DNA of 64,000 nucleotides from an uncultured virus (IMG/VR IMGVR_UViG_3300007512_001367). Its lineage: Duplodnaviria > Heunggongvirae > Uroviricota > Caudoviricetes. Under the pieces are notes generated by a model that saw only the letters and a program-made list of their open reading frames with translations, did not search any database and was not told the DNA's origin. The stretch lies in IMG/VR virus record IMGVR_UViG_3300007512_001367, positions 1 to 64,000 of that record; one strand, 5' to 3'. Below, in pieces: positions 10,141 to 19,823 of this stretch (positions are counted from its first letter, which is position 1; each line of letters opens with the position of its first letter). The translations under genes and the position numbers were made by a program.

Positions 10141-10429
10141 TTTTTGGAAAGCATTAGAAGAGTTTAAGCCTACTCCACCTAAAAAACATTATCTTACTTT
10201 TAATAAAGAAAAAATAGAAGTGACTTTAGAACAATATTTACAAGTTATTAATGCAGGAATAGAAAACTTTGAATATAAAGACAAAAAAATTACAAGAAAA
10301 AAGCGTATTCCTGCAGAACAATTACAACCAACACTACATTTAGCAGAGGTAGGTTATCATTTTTATAATGGGGATCCATATTGGGTAATAGGACATAATA
10401 GAGAAGGATTTGAATGGCGGATAGAATAA
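10133..10429 (+). CDS. Hypothetical protein
   Basis: ORF overlapping both neighbours. Confidence 0.65.
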   Translation: MTNFWKALEEFKPTPPKKHYLTFNKEKIEVTLEQYLQVINAGIENFEYKDKKITRKKRIPAEQLQPTLHLAEVGYHFYNGDPYWVIGHNREGFEWRIE

Positions 10430-11307
10430 GAATATCAGATTTAGACTTTGTTTATATCAGCTATAAGGAACCCAATAAGGAAGAAAATTGGGCAGACTTA
10501 TTAAGCAAAGTACCTTGGGCAAAAAGAATAGATGGTGTTGTAGGATTTGACAATGCACACAAAGCCGCGGCAGAAAAAGCAGAAACAGATTTTTTCATAT
10601 CAGTTGATGGTGATAATATTATAGATGAAGCATTTTTATTAGAATCATTAGATTGGACAAAAACAAATCCAAAAGCTGTACATCGTTGGAGAGCAAAAAA
10701 TAATGTAAATGGTTTAGTATATGGCAATGGTGGGTTAGTAGGTTGGGATAAAGAAACGTGTTTACAAATGAAAACTCATGAAAATGCAGATAGTGAAAAA
10801 GCACAAATTGATTTTTGTTGGACAGTACCTCATGAAAATTTGCATAATTGTTATTCAACAACAATTATAAATGTAGATCCACAACAGGCTTTTATTGCAG
10901 GATATCGAGAAGGTACTAAAATGAGTTTAGAACAAGGATTACCTGTTGCACCAATGCATTTTAAAAAATTAATTCAGCCTTCGAACTTGCGGGTGTTAAT
11001 AACATGGATGAGTGTAGGTGCTGATATGGAATATGGTCGATTTGCTATGTTAGGTGCAAGAATGGGTTGTTATGCAACAACTGTTAGAGGAGCAAATATT
11101 CTTGAAGTAAGAGATATGGAACAAATGGCCAGTGTATTTACTAAAACTGTTGAAGATATTGGAACGGATTTACAAGCATATGGAGAATCAGTAAGACGAA
11201 GATTGGATTTGCCAGTAGCAGACTATGATGCCGACGAAAGTAAATTGTTTAAATTCTGTATGCCACAACATATTAATAAAGGAGTACAAGATCGTGAAAC
11301 AAAGTGA
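10414..11307 (+). CDS. Glycosyltransferase-like protein (GT-A fold)
   Basis: FVYISYKEP, AHKAAA, FISVDGD (DxD), YGNGG. Confidence 0.6.
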   Translation: MADRIRISDLDFVYISYKEPNKEENWADLLSKVPWAKRIDGVVGFDNAHKAAAEKAETDFFISVDGDNIIDEAFLLESLDWTKTNPKAVHRWRAKNNVNGLVYGNGGLVGWDKETCLQMKTHENADSEKAQIDFCWTVPHENLHNCYSTTIINVDPQQAFIAGYREGTKMSLEQGLPVAPMHFKKLIQPSNLRVLITWMSVGADMEYGRFAMLGARMGCYATTVRGANILEVRDMEQMASVFTKTVEDIGTDLQAYGESVRRRLDLPVADYDADESKLFKFCMPQHINKGVQDRETK

Positions 11308-12664
11308 TTATAAATCAGATGCTCTAGTTGCCGCAAAGAAATTAGAAACAATTTCTCCTACTATGTGTTTGGCTAAATGGAATCAAGTTTCATTACATCT
11401 GCCTACAGGATTAACAAATAGCTGTTATCATCCACCTTTGCACCAAATAGATTCTACAAATTTAGATAGTAACCCTGCTGAATTACATAATACACCGGAG
11501 AAATTAAAACAAAGACAACAAATGCTCAATGGTGAACGTCCTGAAGGATGTTCTTATTGCTGGAATATAGAAGATACTGGACAAATGTCAGATAGACAGT
11601 ATCGTTCAGGTGAACCATGGGCTATACAAGATTTTGAGTCGATTAAAAATAAACCAATTGACTCAGGATGGACGCCGAGATACGTAGAAGTTAATTTTAA
11701 TAATGCTTGTAACCTCAAGTGTTCTTATTGTTCACCTCAATTCTCGACCACGTGGGGACAGGAGATTGCTGTATATGGCCAATATCCAACGTCTCCTCCC
11801 CACAACGCTCCAGAACATTTTACTGGCAGACGTAGACCTATTCCTCATAGAGAACATAATCCATATGTTGATGCATTTTGGAGATGGTGGCCTACGTTAT
11901 ATAAAAATTTAAAACATTTCAGAATGACAGGGGGTGAACCTTTAATGGATAAAAATACATATGAAGTACTTGAATACATTACATATCACCCTAAACCCGA
12001 TTTACATTTAAACGTAACGTCAAATTTCTGTCCACCAGATGAAAAATTAAAAAACAAGTATTTTGATATGGTTAAAAGAATATGTTTAAATGAAGCAGTA
12101 GAACATATGATGCAATTCGTATCAGTAGATGCATATGGCAAAAAAGCAGAATACATACGTTATGGATTAGATTTTAATCGTATGTTGGATAATGTGGATG
12201 AATTTTTGGAACGTATACCAGTGCGTAATTCTATAACGTTTATTATTACCTATAATAATTTAAGTGTTACTAGTTTAAATGATTTATTAAGAGATATACG
12301 TTTGTTAAGAGAAAAGCATTCAAAAACGTATCAAAGAGTATGGTTTGACATACCATTATTAAGACAACCAGCATGGCAACAGATAACTTTATTGCCAGAA
12401 TCGTATCAAGAGATACACAAAGCGAATATAGAATATATGAGAGAATTTTCTGGCGAAGATGAAGGGTTTGGAGGATTCAAAGATTTTGAAATTCAAAAAA
12501 TGTTACGCAATTTAGCTTATTGGCGCAATAATAAAAACGATAATACGCAAAATAAAAAGAACTTTTACGCATTTTTTAACGAACATGATCGCAGACGTGG
12601 AACGCATTTTGAAAATACGTTTCCAGAAATGGCGGAATTTTGGACGGAGTGTAAAAACTTATGA
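11294..12664 (+). CDS. Radical SAM protein with an N-terminal twitch/SPASM-like Fe-S domain
   Basis: CNLKCSYC, GGEP, N-terminal CLAKW..CYH..CSYC; GTG start at 11294 after AAAGGAG preferred over 11225. Confidence 0.85.
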   Translation: MKQSDYKSDALVAAKKLETISPTMCLAKWNQVSLHLPTGLTNSCYHPPLHQIDSTNLDSNPAELHNTPEKLKQRQQMLNGERPEGCSYCWNIEDTGQMSDRQYRSGEPWAIQDFESIKNKPIDSGWTPRYVEVNFNNACNLKCSYCSPQFSTTWGQEIAVYGQYPTSPPHNAPEHFTGRRRPIPHREHNPYVDAFWRWWPTLYKNLKHFRMTGGEPLMDKNTYEVLEYITYHPKPDLHLNVTSNFCPPDEKLKNKYFDMVKRICLNEAVEHMMQFVSVDAYGKKAEYIRYGLDFNRMLDNVDEFLERIPVRNSITFIITYNNLSVTSLNDLLRDIRLLREKHSKTYQRVWFDIPLLRQPAWQQITLLPESYQEIHKANIEYMREFSGEDEGFGGFKDFEIQKMLRNLAYWRNNKNDNTQNKKNFYAFFNEHDRRRGTHFENTFPEMAEFWTECKNL

Positions 12665-13416
12665 AAAAAATAATAACAACAGGTTGTAGTTATACAAAAT
12701 ATAAATGGCCATGTTGGCCAAACTTTTTATCATGGTTTGAAAATGGGTATGATTTAAAAAATTTAGGAGCGGCAGGTAACTCTAACGAAATTATAATGAG
12801 ATCAGTTTATAATGCTATTAATAAATGGAAGAGTAGTACAGAGAAAGTTTATATTATGTGGTCAGGAACAAATAGATATGAAATTGTACACGATAAGATT
12901 GACCAAGATTTGAAAAAAGATGAAACTGTTACATATTCTCGTTGGGATCCAGACTTTAATTGGAATGTTTTTTATGGTGGTCATTATTTTAAAGACAAAC
13001 ATGAATATTATGTACGTTGGTTTCAAAACGAAAGGCAAAATGATGTACGTATGCTTGAAAGGATTTTGTTTACACAAATGTATTTAGAAAAGCATAATAT
13101 TGAATATAAAATGATGTGTTATCGAGGACATATTATTATGCACGACAAAGATAAAATGTCAAATGGACAAAGGGCATTATACAATAAAATTGATTGGAGT
13201 AAGTTTATATTTTATAAAGACTTTGGTGGATTAGATGACTTTGCTTATGAATTATATCCTGAACAATTTGCAGAAAAAAGTGATCTACATCCGTTACCAT
13301 TTACACATTATAAATGGGTTAAAGATATTATTTTTAAAAGTGACATAGAACCACCAGAAGAGGAATATAGGAAATTAAAAGAATGGAAGACCTTAAATTT
13401 AAAAAAGAAAAACTAG
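12661..13416 (+). CDS. SGNH/GDSL-like hydrolase or acyltransferase
   Basis: GCSYT, NLGAAGNSN..I, DLHP. Confidence 0.55.
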   Translation: MKKIITTGCSYTKYKWPCWPNFLSWFENGYDLKNLGAAGNSNEIIMRSVYNAINKWKSSTEKVYIMWSGTNRYEIVHDKIDQDLKKDETVTYSRWDPDFNWNVFYGGHYFKDKHEYYVRWFQNERQNDVRMLERILFTQMYLEKHNIEYKMMCYRGHIIMHDKDKMSNGQRALYNKIDWSKFIFYKDFGGLDDFAYELYPEQFAEKSDLHPLPFTHYKWVKDIIFKSDIEPPEEEYRKLKEWKTLNLKKKN

Positions 13417-14729
13417 ATACAAAGTCAGCATCATTTTGTGCGGCTAAATGGTACAATGCGACTATATGGTTAGGATCAGGACAAACAACATCTTGTCACC
13501 ATCCATTGCCACACGCAATTAATCTGGAAGAAATAAAAACAAATCCTTCTGCAATACACAATACAAAACAGAAAAAAGAACAACGAAGACAAATGCAAGT
13601 TGGAGAACGACCTGCAGGATGTGAATATTGTTGGAAAATTGAAGACATAGGACGAGATGCAATATCAGATAGAGTATATAAATCAAAAATTTATTCTGAT
13701 ATGGCATTAGATGATGCATTTAGAACAGATTATAAAACAGATTATAATTTAAAAACTTTAGAAATTGCATTTGATAGAACTTGCAACTTTGCTTGTTCAT
13801 ATTGTAATCCTGCATTTAGTACAACGTGGGCAAATGACATCAAATATAAAGGTCCATATAAAAATTTAACAACAGATGGGCGTAATCACTTTACTCATGC
13901 ACACGATTCTGCAGAACCATATAAAAAAGATGAAGCAAATCCATATGTAGAAGCATTTTACAAATGGTGGGAGACAGATTTGCATAAAAGTTTAGATGAA
14001 TTAAGAATTACAGGTGGAGAACCAATGATGTCACCAAATTTATGGCGATTATTAGATTGGTTTGAGACACAAAAGGATAAAATTAACCCAAATATGCGTT
14101 TGGCTATAAACTCCAATTTAGGGGCAAAAAGTGAAATGATAGAAAAGTTCAAAGCCAAACTTAAACACTTTGACAACTTTCATTTATATACATCAATGGA
14201 GGCAACAAACGAACAAGCAGAATATATTAGAGATGGTTTAAATTATTCACAATGGTTTGTTGAAGTTGTTAACATGATGCAAGATCGTGTGCCATCACAA
14301 ATTCATAATATGTGTACCATTAATGCTTTATGTTTAGAATCGTTGCCACAGTTTTTAGAAACAATTGTTAAACAAAAAGAAAGTGCTTGTAAGCATTATG
14401 GAATACCTTTTAATTTTACTTTAAATATTTTAAGATTTCCTAGCTTTCAAAGTGCTTTAGTTCTACCCGACGACTTGCGTAATATGTTTAAACAGAATTT
14501 AGAAAAATTTTTACGGCAATTTGGCTCGCTATTAGAGGAAATGGAAATTAATCAGGTCCAAAGATTAGTGGATTATTTGGATGTTGTGAAGACTCCACAT
14601 AAGGATTCTGCATCAGTTGATAAGTTAAGAAAAGATTTTAAAACATTTTATACACAATATGATAAAAGAAGAGGAAAGAATTTTGAAAAAACTTTCCCAA
14701 TTATAGGAGAATGGTACCGTGGCATATGA
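13383..14729 (+). CDS. Radical SAM protein with an N-terminal twitch-like domain
   Basis: CNFACSYC, GGEP, CAAKW..CHH..CEYC. Confidence 0.85.
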   Translation: MEDLKFKKEKLDTKSASFCAAKWYNATIWLGSGQTTSCHHPLPHAINLEEIKTNPSAIHNTKQKKEQRRQMQVGERPAGCEYCWKIEDIGRDAISDRVYKSKIYSDMALDDAFRTDYKTDYNLKTLEIAFDRTCNFACSYCNPAFSTTWANDIKYKGPYKNLTTDGRNHFTHAHDSAEPYKKDEANPYVEAFYKWWETDLHKSLDELRITGGEPMMSPNLWRLLDWFETQKDKINPNMRLAINSNLGAKSEMIEKFKAKLKHFDNFHLYTSMEATNEQAEYIRDGLNYSQWFVEVVNMMQDRVPSQIHNMCTINALCLESLPQFLETIVKQKESACKHYGIPFNFTLNILRFPSFQSALVLPDDLRNMFKQNLEKFLRQFGSLLEEMEINQVQRLVDYLDVVKTPHKDSASVDKLRKDFKTFYTQYDKRRGKNFEKTFPIIGEWYRGI

Positions 14730-16011
14730 GTACGGGGCAAAAGAGCCTGAGAAATTAAAAATAAAAAATATGACTCCTAAACAAAAGGAGTTGTTAATAG
14801 AAAGTGAATCATTTTGTATGTTACCGTGGATGCATCTTCACGCATATCCAGATGGTAGAGCATATCCTTGTTGTTTTGCTTTTGATCCTTATCCAGTAGG
14901 TGATTTAAACAAGCAAAGTTTAAAAGAAGTTTTTAATAATGATAAAATGAAAGAAATGCGTTTGAAAATGTTGAATAATAAAAAATCACGTGAATGTATA
15001 AAGTGTTATGACCAAGAAAAATCAGGATTTTTTAGTTTACGTTTAAGTTCTAATAAGCACTTTGGACATAATATTGGACTAGTTGATTCAACACAACCTG
15101 ACGGTACTGCTGACTTTGTAATGAAATATTGGGATATACGTTTTTCCAACTTATGCAATATGGCTTGTAGAAGTTGTGGTACATGGTTTAGTTCTAACTG
15201 GTATGAAGACCATAAAAAATTAACAGGTAGTCCTCCTCCCCATGCAAAAATAATGAGAGTTGGTAGATATACAAACGATTTGTGGGAACAGATGTTAGAA
15301 TCATTTGAGCACACAGAACAATTTTATTTTGCTGGAGGTGAACCAATTATTATGGAAGAACATTATAGAATATTAAAAGAATTAGATAAACGTAAAATGT
15401 ATCACGTAAGATTAATTTATAATACTAATTTTAGTAGAACTAAATTTAAAGACATAGATGTTTTTGAGCTATGGAACAAATTTGATTCAGTTTCAATTGG
15501 TGCAAGTTTAGATGCAGAAGGCCCACGTGGAGAATTAATGCGTAAAGGTACTGTATGGAAAGATATTGTTGCTAATAGAAAAAGAATGATGGAAGTTTGT
15601 CCTAAAGTAGATTTTTATATAAGTTCTACTGTTGGTTTAGTTAATTCTTTACACGTTTGTGATTTTCATAAAAGTTGGGTAGAACAAGGATTAATTAAAT
15701 CACAAGATTTCAATTATAATTTATTACAACATCCTACTTGGCAAAGAATAGATTTACTTCCACCTGAGTTTAAACAGCAAGTAAAAGAAAAGTATGATGC
15801 ACATATGAAATGGTTAAAAGATAAAGACCCATTAACAAGGGCAACTAAAGGGTTTGAATCAGCATTAAATTGGATGTTTAAAACAGATAATCAAAAACAT
15901 TTGGATTTACATTTTGCACAAACACGAAAATATGATGAAATTAGGAACGAAAAAACACTAGATGTATTTCCAGAATGGAAGGAGTTATTTAACAAGTATG
16001 AAAAGAAATAA
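14719..16011 (+). CDS. Radical SAM protein with an N-terminal twitch/SPASM domain
   Basis: CNMACRSC, GGEP, CMLPW..PCC..CIKC. Confidence 0.85.
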   Translation: MAYEYGAKEPEKLKIKNMTPKQKELLIESESFCMLPWMHLHAYPDGRAYPCCFAFDPYPVGDLNKQSLKEVFNNDKMKEMRLKMLNNKKSRECIKCYDQEKSGFFSLRLSSNKHFGHNIGLVDSTQPDGTADFVMKYWDIRFSNLCNMACRSCGTWFSSNWYEDHKKLTGSPPPHAKIMRVGRYTNDLWEQMLESFEHTEQFYFAGGEPIIMEEHYRILKELDKRKMYHVRLIYNTNFSRTKFKDIDVFELWNKFDSVSIGASLDAEGPRGELMRKGTVWKDIVANRKRMMEVCPKVDFYISSTVGLVNSLHVCDFHKSWVEQGLIKSQDFNYNLLQHPTWQRIDLLPPEFKQQVKEKYDAHMKWLKDKDPLTRATKGFESALNWMFKTDNQKHLDLHFAQTRKYDEIRNEKTLDVFPEWKELFNKYEKK

Positions 16012-17323
16012 ACCTTCTGAAGGAAATAAAACATTTTGTATGGCACCATGGGTGCATACGTATTTGTCACCACAAATGGAAAGAAGGTTGTGTTGTGCTA
16101 GTTTGGAAGGATTTACAAACTTTAAGCAGTATATTGATAAGCAAGAATCCGACGGTAGTGTTAAATTAAATTTGCCTACTCTTGAAGAACATTGGAATTC
16201 TAATTATATGAAGGGTGTTAGAAAAGATTTAATGGCAGGAAAAGAAATACCACAGTGTGAAACTTGTAATTATAAACTTTTAAATGCAAACGTATATAGA
16301 CAGCATTTTAATCGAATGTATTCCAATCAAATAAATGAAGCATTTGAGAAAACCGATGAAACAGGGCATACACAAATGAAAGTTACTAGTTTCGATTATA
16401 GATTTTCAAATTTATGTAATTTTAGTTGTAGAATGTGTGGTGATATGTTATCAAGCACGTGGGAGGCAGAAAATAAAAAGCACGGAACAGTAGATTATGA
16501 AAACAAAAGAATTTGGGGAAGGAAAGATATTAAAGAAAGATTACAAAAATTTCATGATCAACAAGTAGTTAAAGAATTTACAGAAGCAATAGAAGAAAAA
16601 AGAATTAAAGAATTTTATTGGTGTGGTGGTGAACCTTTAATGTGGAAGATACATTGGACAGCTATGCAGAGGGTTGTAGAGTTAGGTTATGCAAATAGTG
16701 TATTTGCACGATATAATTCTAATATGAGTAGAATAGACTTTTATGGAAAAAATTTATTTGATGATTGTTTAATACATTTTCAAGATTGGCAAATTAATGC
16801 ATCAATAGACGGTACAGGAGAAATTGGAGAATATATTAGAACAGGATTAGATTATAAACAATGGTTTAAAAATATGCAGTATGCCAGAAAATTTGTTAAG
16901 CATCCACGGCAATTACAATTAGATTTAACTGTTACATTGCCGGGTTTATTTGATTTAGAAAATATGTATAAATTAAGTAAGGAATTAAAAGTACCATTAT
17001 TGTGTAAAAAAGTTTTTAGTTTCACTAATGATCTTTTGTTAAGTCCTTTGTGTTTGCCAAGAGATATTTTAGAAGAAATAGTGTCAGAAGTGCAAAATAA
17101 AATTACAGATAAGCCTAATGTTTTTAATATGGCTTTTTTTGCAGGATTAAAAGATTTAAAATCGCACCCAACCAATCAAGAAAAATATTCAACAAAATTG
17201 TATTGGGAAGGTCTTAGAGAAGGAAAAAAACATCTAGAATATTTAGATAGAATTAGAGGAACAGATATTAAAAAAATATTAGGTAAAAATAAAAAGGTAT
17301 TAGAATGGTGGACAAGTATATAA
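15998..17323 (+). CDS. Radical SAM protein with an N-terminal twitch/SPASM domain
   Basis: CNFSCRMC, GGEP, CMAPW..LCC..CETC; ATG at 15998 follows AAGGAG. Confidence 0.85.
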   Translation: MKRNKPSEGNKTFCMAPWVHTYLSPQMERRLCCASLEGFTNFKQYIDKQESDGSVKLNLPTLEEHWNSNYMKGVRKDLMAGKEIPQCETCNYKLLNANVYRQHFNRMYSNQINEAFEKTDETGHTQMKVTSFDYRFSNLCNFSCRMCGDMLSSTWEAENKKHGTVDYENKRIWGRKDIKERLQKFHDQQVVKEFTEAIEEKRIKEFYWCGGEPLMWKIHWTAMQRVVELGYANSVFARYNSNMSRIDFYGKNLFDDCLIHFQDWQINASIDGTGEIGEYIRTGLDYKQWFKNMQYARKFVKHPRQLQLDLTVTLPGLFDLENMYKLSKELKVPLLCKKVFSFTNDLLLSPLCLPRDILEEIVSEVQNKITDKPNVFNMAFFAGLKDLKSHPTNQEKYSTKLYWEGLREGKKHLEYLDRIRGTDIKKILGKNKKVLEWWTSI

Positions 17324-18471
17324 AATCAAACATTTGCCCGTTGCCGTGGACTAGTTTAGAAATTGACGTAAATGGCTCAGCATCGCCTTGTTGTTTGTAT
17401 AAAGGTACTATTCCAAATTATAAGGTATATGAAACAAATCTTAAAACAATACAGAATTCAGAGTATATGGAAAAATTAAGACAACAATTTAAAGACGGTA
17501 AAAAACCGATAGGATGTCAAAGTTGTTGGCAAGAAGAAAGTGCTGGAAAGATTAGTAAACGTATGAATTCACTTTACAAAATGAAACATAGTTTAAAAGA
17601 CTGGACACCAGACAGTGAAACAAATTTAAAATTTATAGATTTTAAGTTAGGAAATGTATGTAATTTAAAATGTAGAATATGTGGTAGTTGGAGTTCTAGT
17701 AAATGGGCACAGGAAGAATTAGACTATGGAGAAAATCCAGTTGCAAGAAAGCACTTAACAGAAGGTGGATGGCCTAAAAAGAATCCACAATTTTTTGATG
17801 ATATAAAAGAAGTATTAGAAGATGTAGAATATTTTGAATTCACAGGCGGAGAACCTTTTATGATACATAATCATTTTAAAATATTAGAACATTGTGTTGA
17901 AAAAGGGTATGCTAAAAATCAAGATATACATTATAATACAAATGGAACACATTACCCGGGTAGAGAAATTTTTGATTTGTGGAAACATTTTAAAAGAGTT
18001 GAAATTGCGTTTAGTATTGATGATGTAGGAGAACAATTTCAATACCAAAGACATCCTGCAAATTGGAAAGAAGTAAATTATAATCTAAATCAATTTAAAG
18101 TATATCAATTAGCAAATATGGAATTTCAAATTTGTACAACAATTAGTATTTTTAACATTTTTAGTTTGGCAAAAATTGCATTATGGGTAAGACAATTTGA
18201 ACCAACATTTTTTTATGTTAATACTTGTTTTGATCCGGATTATTTTAATATTCAAACATTACCAAAACAAATAAAAAATATTGTAAATTCACGTTATTCA
18301 GATTTAAACGATTTTAAACCTACATTAAGATTTATGAATTCAGCACATAGAGATTCTAGAGAAATACAAAAACAAAGAAAAGAACGTATTTTACAAACAG
18401 ACAAGTATAGAGAAGAAAATTTTGGAGATGTTTTTCCACTTTTAAATAAAGTATTAAAAATTTATGAATAA
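17305..18471 (+). CDS. Radical SAM protein with an N-terminal twitch/SPASM domain
   Basis: CNLKCRIC, GGEP, CPLPW..PCC..CQSC. Confidence 0.85.
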   Translation: MVDKYIKSNICPLPWTSLEIDVNGSASPCCLYKGTIPNYKVYETNLKTIQNSEYMEKLRQQFKDGKKPIGCQSCWQEESAGKISKRMNSLYKMKHSLKDWTPDSETNLKFIDFKLGNVCNLKCRICGSWSSSKWAQEELDYGENPVARKHLTEGGWPKKNPQFFDDIKEVLEDVEYFEFTGGEPFMIHNHFKILEHCVEKGYAKNQDIHYNTNGTHYPGREIFDLWKHFKRVEIAFSIDDVGEQFQYQRHPANWKEVNYNLNQFKVYQLANMEFQICTTISIFNIFSLAKIALWVRQFEPTFFYVNTCFDPDYFNIQTLPKQIKNIVNSRYSDLNDFKPTLRFMNSAHRDSREIQKQRKERILQTDKYREENFGDVFPLLNKVLKIYE

Positions 18472-19288
18472 AAAAGTTGTAAAAAAATTTATAGCAGGCG
18501 GTTGTAGTTTTACATTTGGACATGAATTGTCAGATGATAACGAAGGTAAAACACCATCTAAACAAAGTTGGGCATACATTTTAAGTCAAGAATTAAATCT
18601 TTGTCAGCCTGACGATTATGTTTGTACAGCAAGGCCAGGTTCTGGTAATACAGGAATTGCTCGTAGAGTTTTTAACGCCGTAGGAAATTTAAAAGATATT
18701 ACTGGAGTTGCTGTAATGTGGTCATTTTTATCACGGTATGATTGGGCAATGCCAAGGCATAAAAATTTAGAAAATACTCGTTGGGCAACAATAACACCAT
18801 GGGATACAGTACAAGGTGAAGCCGAAGCATTTAGAGAGTTATCAGGATCGGAACCACAACAAGAAGTATGGAAACATAGAAGAGATTTATTAAAAAATAC
18901 TGGTGTAAGTGATTTTGCAAATTCGTTATATAAAAATGCGGCTAACGAATATCATGAATTATATTTGAGTTGGAAATCAATTATTTGGTTGCAAAATTTA
19001 TTGGAAAAGAAAAAAATTCCATTTATGTTTACACTTGCAGATAATACTTTGTTTTATGATGAAATGACTTTACATAGTGAGAAGGATTCGTTTATGAAAG
19101 CATTATATAATGAAATAGATTTTACCAAATGGTTTAGTTTTGGTGAAAGAATGATGGGATTTAACCAGTGGGCAACGTTAAATGAATATGAAAAAGGGGT
19201 AACACATCCGCTAGACAAAGCACACCTAGATGCTGTAAAATTAATGTTACCTAAGTTTAAAGAAATAATAGGAGGAAAAAATGTTTAG
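18464..19288 (+). CDS. SGNH/GDSL-like protein
   Basis: GCSFTFG, PGSGN..I, C-terminal THP..AH. Confidence 0.55.
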   Translation: MNKKVVKKFIAGGCSFTFGHELSDDNEGKTPSKQSWAYILSQELNLCQPDDYVCTARPGSGNTGIARRVFNAVGNLKDITGVAVMWSFLSRYDWAMPRHKNLENTRWATITPWDTVQGEAEAFRELSGSEPQQEVWKHRRDLLKNTGVSDFANSLYKNAANEYHELYLSWKSIIWLQNLLEKKKIPFMFTLADNTLFYDEMTLHSEKDSFMKALYNEIDFTKWFSFGERMMGFNQWATLNEYEKGVTHPLDKAHLDAVKLMLPKFKEIIGGKNV

Positions 19289-19385
19289 TTGGTTAAAAAA
19301 TTTAATCAAAAAGATTAAGCAAGAATTTGCTTATCGTAAAAGATTAAAAGAACTAAAGAAAAAAGACCCTTTTATATACAAATAA
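19281..19385 (+). CDS. Small basic protein, 34 aa (not in the ORF track)
   Basis: AGGAGG RBS; MFSWLKNLIKKIKQEFAYRKRLKELKKKDPFIYK*; fills the gap exactly up to the next ATG. Confidence 0.7.
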   Translation: MFSWLKNLIKKIKQEFAYRKRLKELKKKDPFIYK

Positions 19386-19823
19386 ATGAAAATATTAATA
19401 ATGGGATTACCGGGATCAGGAAAAACCACATTAGCAAAAAAGTTAGCACCAATGCTAATGGCAGTTCATTTAAATGCCGATGAGGTAAGAAAAGAAGCAA
19501 ACGATTTTGATTTTTCTGCAGAAGGTAGAGTAAGACAAGCAAACAGAATGAAACAATTAGCACAAGAAGCCGCAAATGATAATAGAATTGTTGTAGCAGA
19601 TTTTATTTGCCCAACAGAACGTACTAGAAACGATTTTAATGCCAGTTATACAATTTGGATGGATACGATTAAAAAAGGAAGATTTGAAGACACAAATCAA
19701 ATGTTTGAAGAACCAAAAAATCCAGATTTTATAGTAACGCACTATGATGCAGATATGTGGGCATTTATGATTAAGAATGATATAACAGAAAAATTTCAAT
19801 TAATAGGACGTCATAGCATATGA
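19386..19823 (+). CDS. cysC: Adenylylsulfate (APS) kinase-like protein
   Basis: GLPGSGKTT P-loop, LNADEVR, DFSAEGR, FEEP. Confidence 0.65.
   Translation: MKILIMGLPGSGKTTLAKKLAPMLMAVHLNADEVRKEANDFDFSAEGRVRQANRMKQLAQEAANDNRIVVADFICPTERTRNDFNASYTIWMDTIKKGRFEDTNQMFEEPKNPDFIVTHYDADMWAFMIKNDITEKFQLIGRHSI

Noticed and set aside
11294..19385. RiPP cluster built around the rSAM/SPASM enzymes
   Set aside because: No clear precursor, RRE, peptidase or exporter, and the context is sugar-tailoring; kept only as a minor alternative
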